Positions 1-8,448 of a stretch of DNA of 64,000 nt are shown in pieces. Numbering within the stretch: the stretch's first letter is position 1; each line of letters starts with the position of its first letter. The DNA lies in contig JAXMOL010000004.1 in the NCBI GenBank assembly GCA_034669905.1, positions 128,001 through 192,000 on the forward strand, in the 5' to 3' direction. A program made the position numbers and the translations under genes. The notes below the pieces were generated by a model, which was not told the origin of the DNA, ran no database searches, and saw nothing but the letters and a program-made list of their open reading frames with translations. The DNA is from Candidatus Hydrogenedentota bacterium. Lineage in GTDB: Bacteria > Hydrogenedentota > Hydrogenedentia > Hydrogenedentales > JAEUWI01.

Positions 1-474
1 TATGGCGCATACACGGTCCAGGTAATGCGCGCCGGGATGGGTGGGGCCGAGCGCCGGGCCCACGACAAGGCCTGGGGCCTGGATTTTGGCGACCCCCACG
101 AGGTGCAAGTCGAGATTAATCGCACGCGGAAGAAACCGGGATTCATCGCCCGTCTTCTGGGGGCCAAGTCCGCACCGAGTGAGGAGGCTGCGCCCCAAAC
201 GGGTTTTCGTGATCATCCCATGTGCGTCAATATGCTGGAGAAAATCGACGAACAACTCCAGACCGACCCATCGATGGCATCCTTCATAGACGAGCGGGGC
301 TGGAGCATGCTCCACGGCGACGCCCTCGCCGGCAATCTCGGGGTCGTTAAACTGCTCCTGAAACACGGCGCGGATATAAACGCGAAGACTCCCGAAGGTA
401 AAGACGCCGCCGCACTCGCGCGCCCGATCGGTTGGCACGAGATTGCGGACTATCTCACAAAAGAAGCGGGGTAA
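1..474 (+). CDS. Ankyrin-repeat protein, 5'-truncated by window edge (N-terminal part resembles DUF2314/YegJ-associated sequence)
   Basis: Frame is open from base 1 (YGAYTVQVMR...AWGLDFGDP). C-terminal ankyrin repeat GWSMLHGDALAGNLGVVKLLLKHGADINAKTPEGK. Confidence 0.7.
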   Translation, partial: YGAYTVQVMRAGMGGAERRAHDKAWGLDFGDPHEVQVEINRTRKKPGFIARLLGAKSAPSEEAAPQTGFRDHPMCVNMLEKIDEQLQTDPSMASFIDERGWSMLHGDALAGNLGVVKLLLKHGADINAKTPEGKDAAALARPIGWHEIADYLTKEAG

Positions 475-476
475 AC

Positions 477-610
477 CTATGGAGCGCCGCCGGTCCGATG
501 GCATCGCGTGGAAAGCGTGATAGGCTCACAATCCAGCGCCCCCCCTTGCGCGAGAGGAGCAAACGCCCGGTGGCATGGCCCAGGGTGGTAGTGTAGGGGT
601 TCTCAATGGC
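477..610 (-). pseudogene. Degenerate duplicate fragment of the polX PHP-domain 3' region
   Basis: 543-610 matches 2218-2285 at 60/68 nt by manual alignment. It translates AIENPYTTTLGHATGRLLLSRKG versus polX AIENPYTAILGHATGRLLLSRKG. After a 1-nt slip it continues LDCE (polX LDWE) and later IGPAALHR (polX IGPDAHR). Confidence 0.85.
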
Positions 611-771
611 AGAGGTAGACATTCTTCGTTTGCTCGAAATGTCCCGACAGGGGTGCAGGAAATCAGGGAATTGTATCCACGCGGGTGCCCCAGATAAACT
701 CGTAGTGTTGGATCTATACGGCGACTCCGTATCGGTGTGTGCTTGAGCATACGAGGAAGAAGGTAGGCTGG

Positions 772-1767
772 ATGTCATTTTTTGAGATCGTTGGGTCGGC
801 GGATCTGGAGAGGATTTCCCAAGCAATAGCGGAAGGTGCAGAAGTCAACGAACTTGAACCGTGCACCGGCAATACCCCGCTGATGCTCGTTTGCCGACAA
901 AACGGCGAAAAAACACTGGAAATCCTCTCCGCGCTTATCGATGCGGGTGCCGACGTCAATCATGTGCGCAAATCAGACAAAATGACCCCGCTGAAACTGG
1001 CGTCGCTGCATTGCTCCGGGGCATGTGTGGAAAGGCTGCTTGCCGCGGGCGCGGATCTGGAGGGGCCACCGAGCTCGAAGGAAACGCCCCTTTTCCTGGC
1101 GTCACGGGCCAACAACTACGACGCGGTCATGGTACTGATTGGACACGGTGCGGATCTGGGCATGGGCGGCGCCATCGGGGGGGATGCGGTGCGTGCCGCC
1201 GAAGATGCTTACACCCAACGCCCACGAGAATCCGATGACGCACCTCATCAAGATTTTTCCGACCTGCTTGATGCACTGAGTACGCGGCTGGCAACCGACC
1301 GTCCTCAATTTCTGCTCGGACTGAACCCGCCTGCAACACAAAAGCAACTGGAAGCCTTCGAACATTCGACCGGTCTGAAATTACCGGAGGAATATAGGCA
1401 ATTACTTGGGTGGCGGAACGGACAGCCCGACGATTGCTTCGAAGACTTTCATCCCTTTTCCGGTGAGATGTTCATGTCTCTTGCTTCGATCGAGGCAACG
1501 ATAGCAACCATGATTGAGTTACTAGACACCGGAGATATTGATGAACGCCATTGGCACCGGGATTGGCTGCCCATCTTGGCCGACGGCAGCGGCAATCACA
1601 CTTGCATCGACCTGTCTACGGAGGGCAATGGAAGAATTATTAATTTTGACCACGAAGTGGGATTCGCAGGCATTGCCCAGGGCAACCTCTCGGCGTGGTT
1701 GGAGGAATTACTGGCGAAACTTCAATATCTGGATGTTGAAGCGTGGGAGAAAGAACAATCGCGGTAG
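772..1767 (+). CDS. Ankyrin-repeat / SMI1-KNR4 (SUKH) fusion protein, putative toxin-immunity protein
   Basis: N-terminal ankyrin motifs (GNTPLML, MTPLKLAS, ETPLFLAS...GADL). C-terminal SMI1 signature LNPPAT..LEAFE..TGLKLPEEYRQLL..RNG and WLPILADGSGNHTCIDL...GRIINFDHE. ATG at 772 follows a purine-rich RBS. Confidence 0.85.
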   Translation: MSFFEIVGSADLERISQAIAEGAEVNELEPCTGNTPLMLVCRQNGEKTLEILSALIDAGADVNHVRKSDKMTPLKLASLHCSGACVERLLAAGADLEGPPSSKETPLFLASRANNYDAVMVLIGHGADLGMGGAIGGDAVRAAEDAYTQRPRESDDAPHQDFSDLLDALSTRLATDRPQFLLGLNPPATQKQLEAFEHSTGLKLPEEYRQLLGWRNGQPDDCFEDFHPFSGEMFMSLASIEATIATMIELLDTGDIDERHWHRDWLPILADGSGNHTCIDLSTEGNGRIINFDHEVGFAGIAQGNLSAWLEELLAKLQYLDVEAWEKEQSR

Positions 1768-1940
1768 GTGTAGCGTCGCCCCACGACTTGGCCCCGCAAA
1801 TGGACACATTGCATCAACGAAAGGGTATGCGCCGTAAACGGTTTCGGTCCGACCACTCTACCAAGTCGAAGTGGGACCGTTGGCTCGCGGAACTTCACGC
1901 AGCTTCTCGAAACTTGGCGACCCTGGCCGGATGAGAATTT

Positions 1941-3641
1941 TCATTTTCGCCAAGCCAACAGTTCTTCTGCCGTCCAGCAATTGATCACATGCTCGGCGGC
2001 AAGCCAGCCCTTGCGCGCGATACCCACGCCATACTGGACGTGGTCCAGGCCCGAGATGCGGTGGGCGTCGGGGCCGATGGAGAAGAGCACGCCCTTGTCG
2101 CGGCCATGGCGGATGTGGCGCCAGTCGATGTCAAGACGCTTGCAGTTGGCGTTGATTTCCACGGCTACCTTGTTGGCGACACAGGCATCAAAGACCTTCT
2201 CCCAGTCCAATGGGAAGCCCTTGCGGGAGAGGAGCAAGCGCCCTGTGGCATGGCCCAGGATGGCGGTGTAGGGATTCTCGATGGCCGTGACGATACGCTT
2301 GGTGGCTTCTTTCTCTTCCATCTCCAGCTTGTTGTGTACCGACGCCACAATCAAGTCGAAACTGGCGAGCACGTCGTCTTCATAGTCCAGCGAACCGTCC
2401 GTGCGAATGTCGGACTCAATGCCCGAGAGGATGCAAAAGCCCTTGAGCTTTTGGTTCAGTGCCGCGATTTCGGCCTGCTGCTTTTCGATGCGGTCGGGCT
2501 TGAGGCCATTGGCATAGCCCGCCGATTGGCTGTGGTCCGTGATGAGGAGGTATTCATAGCCCCGCTCCTGGGTCGCGACGGCCATTTCTTCCAGGGTATT
2601 CCGGCCATCGCTATAGGTGGAGTGGCAGTGGATAATACCCTTGAGGTCTTTTTCCTCCAACAGGGGGGGCGTCTCCGAGATGTCAAACTCGCCGCGGTCC
2701 TCCCGCAGTTCCGGGGGCAGAAAGGGCAGCTCCAGGGCTGCGTAGATAGCTTCTTCTGACGTACATTCAACAAGGGTATCATCGGATTTGAAGAGGCCAT
2801 ATTCATTGAGCTTGAGGTCACGCTCCTTCGCCCGCTGACGGAGCACCACGTTGTGCTCTTTGCTGCCCGTGAAGTGGAGGAGGGTATAGGGGAATTCCTT
2901 CGCGTCTACCACCCGCAGGTCCGCGCTGATGCCCGACTCGAAGCGCACGGACGACTTGGTCTCGCCGTGGCCGATGATCTGGGCCACCTCCGGCGCGTCG
3001 ACGAAGTGTTGCATGAGGGCCTTTACGTCGGAGGTGGTGGCGACCATGTCGATGTCTTTCACCACTTCCTTCCGCCGCCGCAGGCTCCCCGTGACAGCCA
3101 GTTCACCCACCAGCCCGGATTCCTTCAGATAGGCCACCAGCGCTTCCGCCTGTTTTTCCGCCTTGTCGAAGTGGAAGGAGCCCGTATGCTCCCGGGCAAA
3201 GGTGATGCCTTCCAGGATTTTATCCTGCATCTTACCGCTGATGCCCTTGAGGGGCTTCAGTTCGTCATTCTTGCAGGCAGCCTCCAGTTTGTCCATCGAA
3301 TCGATTCCAAGCTCATTGTAGACCTGCTTGATACGCTTGGGTCCCAGCCCGGGGATGGCAAACAACTCGTAGATGGATTCGGGAAACTCAGCGCGCATGG
3401 ATATAAGGTCACTGCTTTCGCCCGTTTCGAAGAGCTCATTGATGATGGCCGCCAGGGCCTCGCCGATGCCCTTGATGTCCCGCAGGCGTTTTTCCGCAAC
3501 CACCGTGGCCAGATCTTCGTCGAGGGTCTCAATCGTTCGCGCACCATTGACAAAAGAGCGGATACGAAAGGTGTTCTCGCCCTTCAATTCCATCAGCAGG
3601 GCAATCTCTTCGAGGACGCCCGCCACATCTTTCTTATCCAT
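1941..3641 (-). CDS. polX: DNA polymerase X / PHP exonuclease
   Basis: HhH motifs (IKGIG, IPGLGPK), GSLRRRKEVVKDID, SADLRVV, HFTGSKEHN, and a PHP domain (HCHSTYSDG, TDHS, DAH). Confidence 0.95.
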   Translation of the reverse strand: MDKKDVAGVLEEIALLMELKGENTFRIRSFVNGARTIETLDEDLATVVAEKRLRDIKGIGEALAAIINELFETGESSDLISMRAEFPESIYELFAIPGLGPKRIKQVYNELGIDSMDKLEAACKNDELKPLKGISGKMQDKILEGITFAREHTGSFHFDKAEKQAEALVAYLKESGLVGELAVTGSLRRRKEVVKDIDMVATTSDVKALMQHFVDAPEVAQIIGHGETKSSVRFESGISADLRVVDAKEFPYTLLHFTGSKEHNVVLRQRAKERDLKLNEYGLFKSDDTLVECTSEEAIYAALELPFLPPELREDRGEFDISETPPLLEEKDLKGIIHCHSTYSDGRNTLEEMAVATQERGYEYLLITDHSQSAGYANGLKPDRIEKQQAEIAALNQKLKGFCILSGIESDIRTDGSLDYEDDVLASFDLIVASVHNKLEMEEKEATKRIVTAIENPYTAILGHATGRLLLSRKGFPLDWEKVFDACVANKVAVEINANCKRLDIDWRHIRHGRDKGVLFSIGPDAHRISGLDHVQYGVGIARKGWLAAEHVINCWTAEELLAWRK

Positions 3642-4038
3642 GATTCATTCCTATATAGCGGCCGAGAAAGAGGCCGAGAAAAATCGCACCGACGCCCAGC
3701 AGGTTTTGCCCGCCGATGTAGAGGGTCGCCAACATCCATTGTCCCTCACGCAGGAGGGCGCTGCCGTCCAGGGCAAAGGTGGAGAAGGTCGTAAAGGACC
3801 CCATAAAGCCTACCAGGATAGCCACCTTGGTGACTTCGCTGAATTCGAAGCGGTGCTCCGCCAGCGAGACAAAGAGGCCAAAAAGGAGGCAGCCCACCAT
3901 GTTCACGGTGAAGGTCGCCCAGGGAAATCCGGTCCAGCCGAAATGGCGGACGAGGCCATAGACCCCAAAGCGGGTGAGGGCACCCAGGGCGCCAAAGAGC
4001 CCAACGGCACCTATTTTTAAGAGTAAACTTGTCGACAT
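3634..4038 (-). CDS. crcB: Fluoride efflux channel Fluc/CrcB
   Basis: GALGALTRF, FPWATFTVNMVGC and GFMGSFTTFSTF signatures; 134 aa with 4 hydrophobic segments. Confidence 0.95.
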   Translation of the reverse strand: MSTSLLLKIGAVGLFGALGALTRFGVYGLVRHFGWTGFPWATFTVNMVGCLLFGLFVSLAEHRFEFSEVTKVAILVGFMGSFTTFSTFALDGSALLREGQWMLATLYIGGQNLLGVGAIFLGLFLGRYIGMNHG

Positions 4039-4140
4039 GGGGTCCCGTTCTGTGGGTGGAAACAGTGGACCTACTGTAGGGATTTTCGGCGGAAAATTGC
4101 AAACTATGGACGACGATGCAACTTAGAGCAGCCGTTGGCG

Positions 4141-4817
4141 CAACCAAAAGAGTTGAACCACGAATGCACACTAATTTACACGAATTTGGTTGGCCGCAAG
4201 AGAGCGCAAGGAACGCAGAGAAGTGCTACGCTTTTCCGTTCTCTGTGCGCTTGGTGTCTCTGTGGTGAAAATATCACCAGCTGACAATCATAAATAGTTG
4301 ACCACGGACAAACCGGATGATACGGATGATTGGGAACGGAGGCCTCACGAAAGTCGCGTCGTGGACATTCGAGCCCGAAGATAGTTTCTAATTATATCCG
4401 TATTATCCTTTCAATCCGTGGTCAAAATTTGGGTTTTTCCCGACCCCTACTCGCGAGCGTAACCTTAGTATTGACACGGCGAAGCGAACGCTTTCGTTTT
4501 ATTTTCTAGTTAAAAGGAGAAGAAAGCGCCAGATAGTAGTATGAAGTGCGCATTAAAAGACGCACTACCACGGAAGGCACGGAAATACACGGAATGAGTT
4601 ACCTGTGGCTCAACGTAATTGGCGAATTTAGACGGGCAGGAGCCTGTGTACCGAATTTTACGCCCCCATCCTGTCGCGTTTCTTGTTGATGGCAACCGTC
4701 ACCCTTAAGAAGAGAGCAATCAAAGGTAGCGACCCTGAAGATTCAAGCACTCCAAAATCCATCGTACACGCAGATTACACCGAAGGTTTCCGTGTAATTC
4801 CGTGTTTTCCGTGGTAG
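4141..4817. repeat. Cluster of ~30-bp tripartite inverted-repeat (REP-like) elements
   Basis: Pairs 4193-4222/4239-4266, 4298-4327/4396-4425 (24/30 complementary) and 4565-4594/4788-4817 (27/30). Orphan arms at 4156-4185 and ~4766-4784. Confidence 0.85.
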
Positions 4818-4925
4818 CAACTCTTTTCCGACAGGCTGGCACCACCTCAAATTCTGGCACCCACAGTTCAAACTCCATTACAATACGGCCCAATCAATTT
4901 CCAACACCCCACAGGAGAATTCCCC

Positions 4926-6062
4926 GTGCGTTTCCGTACCCGTGCCATCCATGCCGGCCAAGGCCCCGATCCCCAGCATGGCGCCGTCATGACCCCCGTA
5001 TTCCAGTCGTCCACCTTCGCCTTCAATTCTCCTGACGACTCGGGCGAGTTTGACTACTCCCGCTCGGGGAACCCGACCCGGAAGGCCCTGGAAGAGTGCC
5101 TGGCTTCCTTGGAGAACGGCACGCGGGGCTTTGCTTTTGCGACCGGGATGGCCGCGGAGACGACCATCATGATGCTCTGCAACGCCGGGGACCACCTCAT
5201 CGCCAGCAATGAGTGCTACGGCGGCACCTACCGGGTGCTCATGAACGTACTGAAGACCAAGGGCGTCGAAATCGAGCTCGTCGACATGGCCAACCTCAAT
5301 GCCGTACGCCATGCCGTGAAACCCAACACGAAAATGATGTGGATCGAGTCGCCCACCAACCCGCTGATGAAGGTGGTGGATATTGAGGCCCTCGGAAAAA
5401 TCGGCCAGGCCAACGGCATCACCACCGTGGTGGACAACACCTTCCTTTCGCCCTACCTGCAGAATCCCCTCGATTTGGGTATTGATATTGTCGTGCACTC
5501 CACCACCAAGTACATCAACGGCCACTCTGATGTGGTCGGGGGTGGTGTCGTGGTGAAGGACGAAGAACTCGGCAACCAGATCTATTTCCTGCAGAACGCC
5601 ATCGGGGCCGTACCCGGCCCATGGGACTGCTTCCTCGTGCTCCGGGGCATCAAGACCCTGGCCCTCCGCATGGAAGCCCACATGAAGAACGCCCTGGCCT
5701 TAGGCGAATTCCTGGAATCGCACCCGAAGATCGAAAAGGTGCTTCACCCGGGGCTACCGAGTCATCCCGGCTACGAGTTGAACAAGAAACAGGCCCGGGG
5801 CGCGGGGGGGACCTTCTCCTTCTACGTCAAAGGCGGCGTGAAAGAGGCCTACGATCTCCTGGGCAAGTTGGAACTCTTTTCCCAGGCCGTGTCGCTGGGC
5901 GGCGTGGAATCGCTCATTGAGTATCCCTGGACCATGACCCACGGCCCCATGCCCGAAGCGGCACGTCGTGAGATGGGTATCGCGGAAAACCTCATTCGGG
6001 TCTCGGTAGGCCTGGAGGATTCGGAGGATATCATCGCCGACTTTACGCGGGCGCTGGCGTAA
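4926..6062 (+). CDS. PLP-dependent cystathionine gamma-synthase/gamma-lyase family enzyme
   Basis: YSRSGNPTR, ESPTNP, VVDNTF, HSTTKYINGHSDV (PLP lysine), SLGGVESLI. AGGAG RBS before the GTG start. Confidence 0.92.
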   Translation: MRFRTRAIHAGQGPDPQHGAVMTPVFQSSTFAFNSPDDSGEFDYSRSGNPTRKALEECLASLENGTRGFAFATGMAAETTIMMLCNAGDHLIASNECYGGTYRVLMNVLKTKGVEIELVDMANLNAVRHAVKPNTKMMWIESPTNPLMKVVDIEALGKIGQANGITTVVDNTFLSPYLQNPLDLGIDIVVHSTTKYINGHSDVVGGGVVVKDEELGNQIYFLQNAIGAVPGPWDCFLVLRGIKTLALRMEAHMKNALALGEFLESHPKIEKVLHPGLPSHPGYELNKKQARGAGGTFSFYVKGGVKEAYDLLGKLELFSQAVSLGGVESLIEYPWTMTHGPMPEAARREMGIAENLIRVSVGLEDSEDIIADFTRALA

Positions 6063-6178
6063 AAAAACTTACACGCGGATAAAATCACAATCTGAGCCAG
6101 AAGGGCGGATTGTGCCCGGCCACGCGTGTGGTGCCTGATGGTATTGCCAACCCTCAGCGCAAGTGGACGTCGTGCCAA

Positions 6179-7021
6179 TCAGGCCAGGAAGCGGGCAAAT
6201 TCCTCCACCGATTCCCGTGCATCCTGGAGTAGTTTCTCGATTTCCTGGGGGGAGAGGTGCGCCTCCAGGCGGGTGCAGAGCCGTGCCAGACTTTCATCCG
6301 AATCGGACAGGTTGGCGACCAACGCCACCGGAAGAGGACAATCGTACAGGGGGTCCTCGGGCCGGTGGTGGCCGCCAATAGCCGAGGCCAGCCCCGGCGG
6401 AAGATCCCATTCCTGTGCGATCCACGTCGCCACTTCGGCGTGGTCCCAATTAAAACGTTCCCGCTCGGCCTCCTGAAATGCCGTCTCCCCCTGATGCCAG
6501 GCATCCAGGATAGGCCCATAATCGTTGGGACGATGGTTTACCAGGAACGGAACGGCGAGGTCCTGAAGAAAGCCGGCGGAGAAGCACTCTGGGGCCTGGG
6601 CCGGGCAAATTCGTTTTGCGAGATCCCGCGCAATCACCCCCCGTAAGGCAGCGGTACGCCAAAACGCGCCTGTTTCCAGGCGCGCGTCCTGGATGGCCGG
6701 GACTCCCTTCCGCAGTGTCGCTGACATGACCAGAGACTCCACCTGGGAAAGCCCCAACAGGGATACCGCCATGGTCACACTGCGAACCTCGTGCCGGGGA
6801 GTAAATGCTGCGGAGTTGGCCAAGGCCAGCAACTTGACCGACAGGGCGGGATCCAACTCCAGGAGCTCTGCGATCTCTCCGGACGAAATATCGGGTTGAC
6901 GGATTCGTCGCATCAACTCCAGGTCAACCTTCGAAAAAGAGGGAAGGGTATAGTCCCCTAAGGCGCCGCGGAGGGCTGTCTTGTGGTTCGTCTTTTTTCG
7001 CTTTAAGAACTCGAACATCAT
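6179..7021 (-). CDS. Stand-alone HDOD domain protein
   Basis: LP...DPALSVKLLALANSA, FSAGFLQDL, DHAEVATWIAQEWDLPPGLASAIGGHH. Confidence 0.88.
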   Translation of the reverse strand: MMFEFLKRKKTNHKTALRGALGDYTLPSFSKVDLELMRRIRQPDISSGEIAELLELDPALSVKLLALANSAAFTPRHEVRSVTMAVSLLGLSQVESLVMSATLRKGVPAIQDARLETGAFWRTAALRGVIARDLAKRICPAQAPECFSAGFLQDLAVPFLVNHRPNDYGPILDAWHQGETAFQEAERERFNWDHAEVATWIAQEWDLPPGLASAIGGHHRPEDPLYDCPLPVALVANLSDSDESLARLCTRLEAHLSPQEIEKLLQDARESVEEFARFLA

Positions 7022-8040
7022 TCCGCTCTACGCGCCATCTTTTGGGCAAAGATACTCAGCAATCCCCCCAGACCGATATAGCCCAGAATGGCTTCGGAAA
7101 CCGCCAGAACCTGCGCGGGCATGGAAGCGGGAACCGCATCGCCGTAACCCAACGTCGTGAGGGTTACAATGCTGTAATACAATGGGCTGAAGGGGGTTTC
7201 ATACGCGCCATAGTCGATGTCCACCAGCAGGTAGGCCAGCGCGAAGCCAACCATTAGCACGCCCACCCACACGGTCCAGCGTAGCAGACTCCGCCCGCAA
7301 TCCGAGGTCACCCACCAAATCCAGTAAACGACGGCGTGCAACCTACTCTGGCGCCGGAATTCATGCAGGTAGTTCTCATCCATCAGGTGACGTCGCACCA
7401 GGTAAGCTCCGTGAAAATCCACGTCCAGCACCTTCGTGCCAATCCAGTTCGCACTCTGATAGTCACGTGCTCCAGACATGGTGCAGCCCCGCAGATCCGC
7501 CCGATTGAGATTGGTCCCGGCCAAACGGACCCGGGTCAGGTCACATCCACGAAGGTCTGTATGAACAAATTCCACCCACGACAGATCGGCATCCCGAAAG
7601 CGACCATTCTGAAGCTTCGCACCCCCGAATATCCCTCTCTCCATGCGGGCTTCACTCCACGAGCTGTCCGTCAACTGCGCACCGACGGCACTCACTTCAC
7701 GCAAATCCGCTCGGGCAAACCCGACATGCTTTCCGGTCGCCTCCGTCAAATCCGCCCGGTGAAGACAGGCGTCCAAGAACTCTGCACCGTCCAGGCGAGC
7801 CCGACACAATTTCGACCCGGTGAGGTTTGCCCCCACCAGGCACGCGTCTGAGAGATTGCAGCCCGAAAGGTCCGCGCCGCTGAGGTCCATTCCCGAAAGG
7901 TCCAGACCGGAAAGATCATGATTTGCAACCACTTGCCCTTGTAAGACAGGGGTACCATCGGCATCCTGAGCGATATCCAGCCCTTCCAGCCGACGTCGTA
8001 GCGCGCCAGGATCATCCTTATCACTCGTTGAATACGTCAT
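7018..8040 (-). CDS. Pentapeptide-repeat protein with C-terminal two-TM potassium channel domain
   Basis: Many A(D/N)LXX repeats, then YYSIVTLTTLGYGD (K+ selectivity filter) between hydrophobic helices. Start could instead be the TTG at 8067. Confidence 0.85.
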   Translation of the reverse strand: MTYSTSDKDDPGALRRRLEGLDIAQDADGTPVLQGQVVANHDLSGLDLSGMDLSGADLSGCNLSDACLVGANLTGSKLCRARLDGAEFLDACLHRADLTEATGKHVGFARADLREVSAVGAQLTDSSWSEARMERGIFGGAKLQNGRFRDADLSWVEFVHTDLRGCDLTRVRLAGTNLNRADLRGCTMSGARDYQSANWIGTKVLDVDFHGAYLVRRHLMDENYLHEFRRQSRLHAVVYWIWWVTSDCGRSLLRWTVWVGVLMVGFALAYLLVDIDYGAYETPFSPLYYSIVTLTTLGYGDAVPASMPAQVLAVSEAILGYIGLGGLLSIFAQKMARRAE

Positions 8041-8448
8041 GACACTACCTATGGTACTCCGGGGCAACCTGTGCTTGCCATACCGTTCCCTCTACCTCAT
8101 AAACCTATCGACAGAGCAGACAGGTTGGTCCCAATCCACACCGCACCATGCCACCCCAGCGTAACACCGTGCACAATTTGGACCTATGCCCTATCTTACA
8201 GGAGAACGCGCTGCTTGTGCATTTTCCCACGTCATCAAGACCCGCTTTGCGAACATGCGCCGCCGTTTCGATCCCAACTGTGCTGCGCGGGCTGATGCGT
8301 ATCTCGCTGGAAACAGTCACTGATTTCCTATCCACCCTTTTGAGGCGTGATAACGTATACTATAGGCGACCACGGTGCATCGTTGGATGGCTGGCGTGTT
8401 CATGGAGAGCCACGCAGAGCCAGCGGGTATTCCGGGGAGGAGTTTCAC

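Noticed and set aside
455..826. 123-aa minus-strand ORF as a real gene
   Set aside because: Only ~23 aa are meaningful (the polX remnant); the rest overlaps the ankyrin genes antisense.
1840..1934. Possible remnant of the SMI1 gene end (GACCAC...GAAGTGGGA; WLAELH vs WLEELL)
   Set aside because: The similarity is too short and gapped to distinguish from chance.
4039..4200. Fluoride riboswitch upstream of crcB
   Set aside because: I could not find the GATGG...CTGATG...CTAC core on the minus strand.
4141..4817. CRISPR array or integron attC array
   Set aside because: Repeats are inverted and differ between pairs, spacers are irregular, there are no clear RYYYAAC/GTTRRRY ends, and no cas or intI gene is in the window.
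4680..4925. SAM-I riboswitch or sigma54 promoter upstream of the cystathionine enzyme
   Set aside because: Only an isolated GGCAACC and two CTGGCACC copies are present; other SAM-I elements and a correctly spaced -12 TTGC are missing.
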